Source: Acidobacteriaceae bacterium
Lineage (GTDB): Bacteria; Acidobacteriota; Terriglobia; Terriglobales; Acidobacteriaceae
Direction: 5' to 3'
Assembly: GCA_039934875.1 (NCBI GenBank)
Contig: JBDTLH010000194.1
Coordinates: forward strand, 1 to 43,176
Length of the DNA: 43,176 nt
The position numbers were made by a program, and so were the translations under genes. Below, in pieces: positions 42,590-43,176 of the stretch; the first letter of the stretch is position 1; each line of letters starts with the position of its first letter. The notes below the pieces were generated by a model that was given only the letters and a program-made list of their open reading frames with translations, did not search any database and had not been told where the DNA came from.

Positions 42590-43176
42590 TTCGAGCTTGA
42601 GGCGGATATTAACGAAATTGTAGGGGGGCCAGGGGCCGGTGTATTTAAAGTTGAGGCGATCGCCAAAGCGCTTGGCGATCTGGTTGACTGCGGCATCGAA
42701 CTCGGATTCGCCTTCGCGCTGGACCAGGAAGGCGGCGTTGAGGATCATCTTGTCGCCGATCGGCTTGTTATCGCGGGAGGCGACGCAGGTGGAACGCAGG
42801 CCGTCGTAGATCTCGCGGACGTAATCGGCGGCGCGTTCGGATAAAGCTTTGTCAATCATGCGACCGAGCTGCATGCGCGCAAAATAGGTGGATTGCAGGT
42901 GCTTGCGGTTCAGCTCCTGCTGAAAGCGGGCGATCTCTTCATTATTTTTTTTGACCTCATCAATGACACGGTCGCGGTCCCAGGTAACTTTCAGACCAAA
43001 TTCGAGTTTGCCGCCCATTTGTTTCAGCACGTCCTTGAGGGAAGGATAGATGGACTTGAGGACCTCGCGGATATCATCGTCGGTGCGAAATACGGTGCCA
43101 AAGCTCATGGGAATGATGGTGTGGGTCTTCATCACGTTCTCGATGACATGCTCATGGGCCAGAGCATTTTCGCGAG
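42572..43176 (-). CDS. gvpF: GvpL/GvpF family gas vesicle protein (5' partial, runs off the window)
   Basis: The frame is open to the window edge (...RENALAHEHVIENVMKTHTIIPMSFGTVF). C-terminal YTGPWPPYNF motif is typical of GvpF/L. Confidence 0.8.
   Translation of the reverse strand, partial: RENALAHEHVIENVMKTHTIIPMSFGTVFRTDDDIREVLKSIYPSLKDVLKQMGGKLEFGLKVTWDRDRVIDEVKKNNEEIARFQQELNRKHLQSTYFARMQLGRMIDKALSERAADYVREIYDGLRSTCVASRDNKPIGDKMILNAAFLVQREGESEFDAAVNQIAKRFGDRLNFKYTGPWPPYNFVNIRLKLERGTTN

Overview
High-G+C bacterial chromosomal window, most likely from an acidobacterium. The evidence is an ADOP-type duplicated FtsX permease, many FecR/TPR/beta-propeller secreted proteins and an exosortase locus. 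I support about 37 protein genes and one tRNA-Pro(CGG). There is no rRNA, CRISPR array, transposase or integrase.

Layout:
- (1) 3.0-19.6 kb is an exosortase (EpsH/Xrt)/PEP-CTERM-type exopolysaccharide locus. It forms two divergent operons firing from a ~150-bp AT-rich control region at 12.1-12.2 kb. The minus-strand operon runs regulator, Wza-like exporter, beta-barrel, Wzz-like protein, ExeA-like ATPase, BY-kinase, priming sugar transferase and GT2, and is chained by ATGA/GTGA overlaps. The plus strand carries exosortase, EpsI, the PrsT TPR lipoprotein, a second beta-barrel, a LolA-like protein and a CPBP protease.
- (2) 19.6-31.8 kb is mostly housekeeping (panE, glyQ/glyS, ruvC, cytochrome c, hfq-hflX, tRNA-Pro). 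Accessory genes are interspersed.
- (3) 32.3-38.2 kb holds an orphan ADOP permease and two beta-propeller lipoproteins.
- (4) 38.2-41.0 kb is an overlapping ftsY-ribD-ribE operon.
- (5) 42.2 kb to the window edge is the tail of a gas-vesicle cluster (gvpF/L partial, gvpG).

Most worth a second look:
- a receiver-less, GAFTGA-less pseudo-EBP heading the eps operon;
- the beta-barrel/LolA-like/CPBP trio appended to the exosortase operon;
- a lower-GC DUF6883-like/DUF4926-like two-gene cassette joined to the 3' end of glyS;
- an in-frame triple palindromic repeat inside ribD;
- a conserved HflX N-terminus lying upstream of any canonical start codon;
- a small dispersed intergenic repeat family with copies at about 24.4, 28.9 and 31.9 kb;
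- a 22-bp tandem repeat bridging gvpF/L and gvpG.

All homology calls come from motif recognition by eye. No database search was run.
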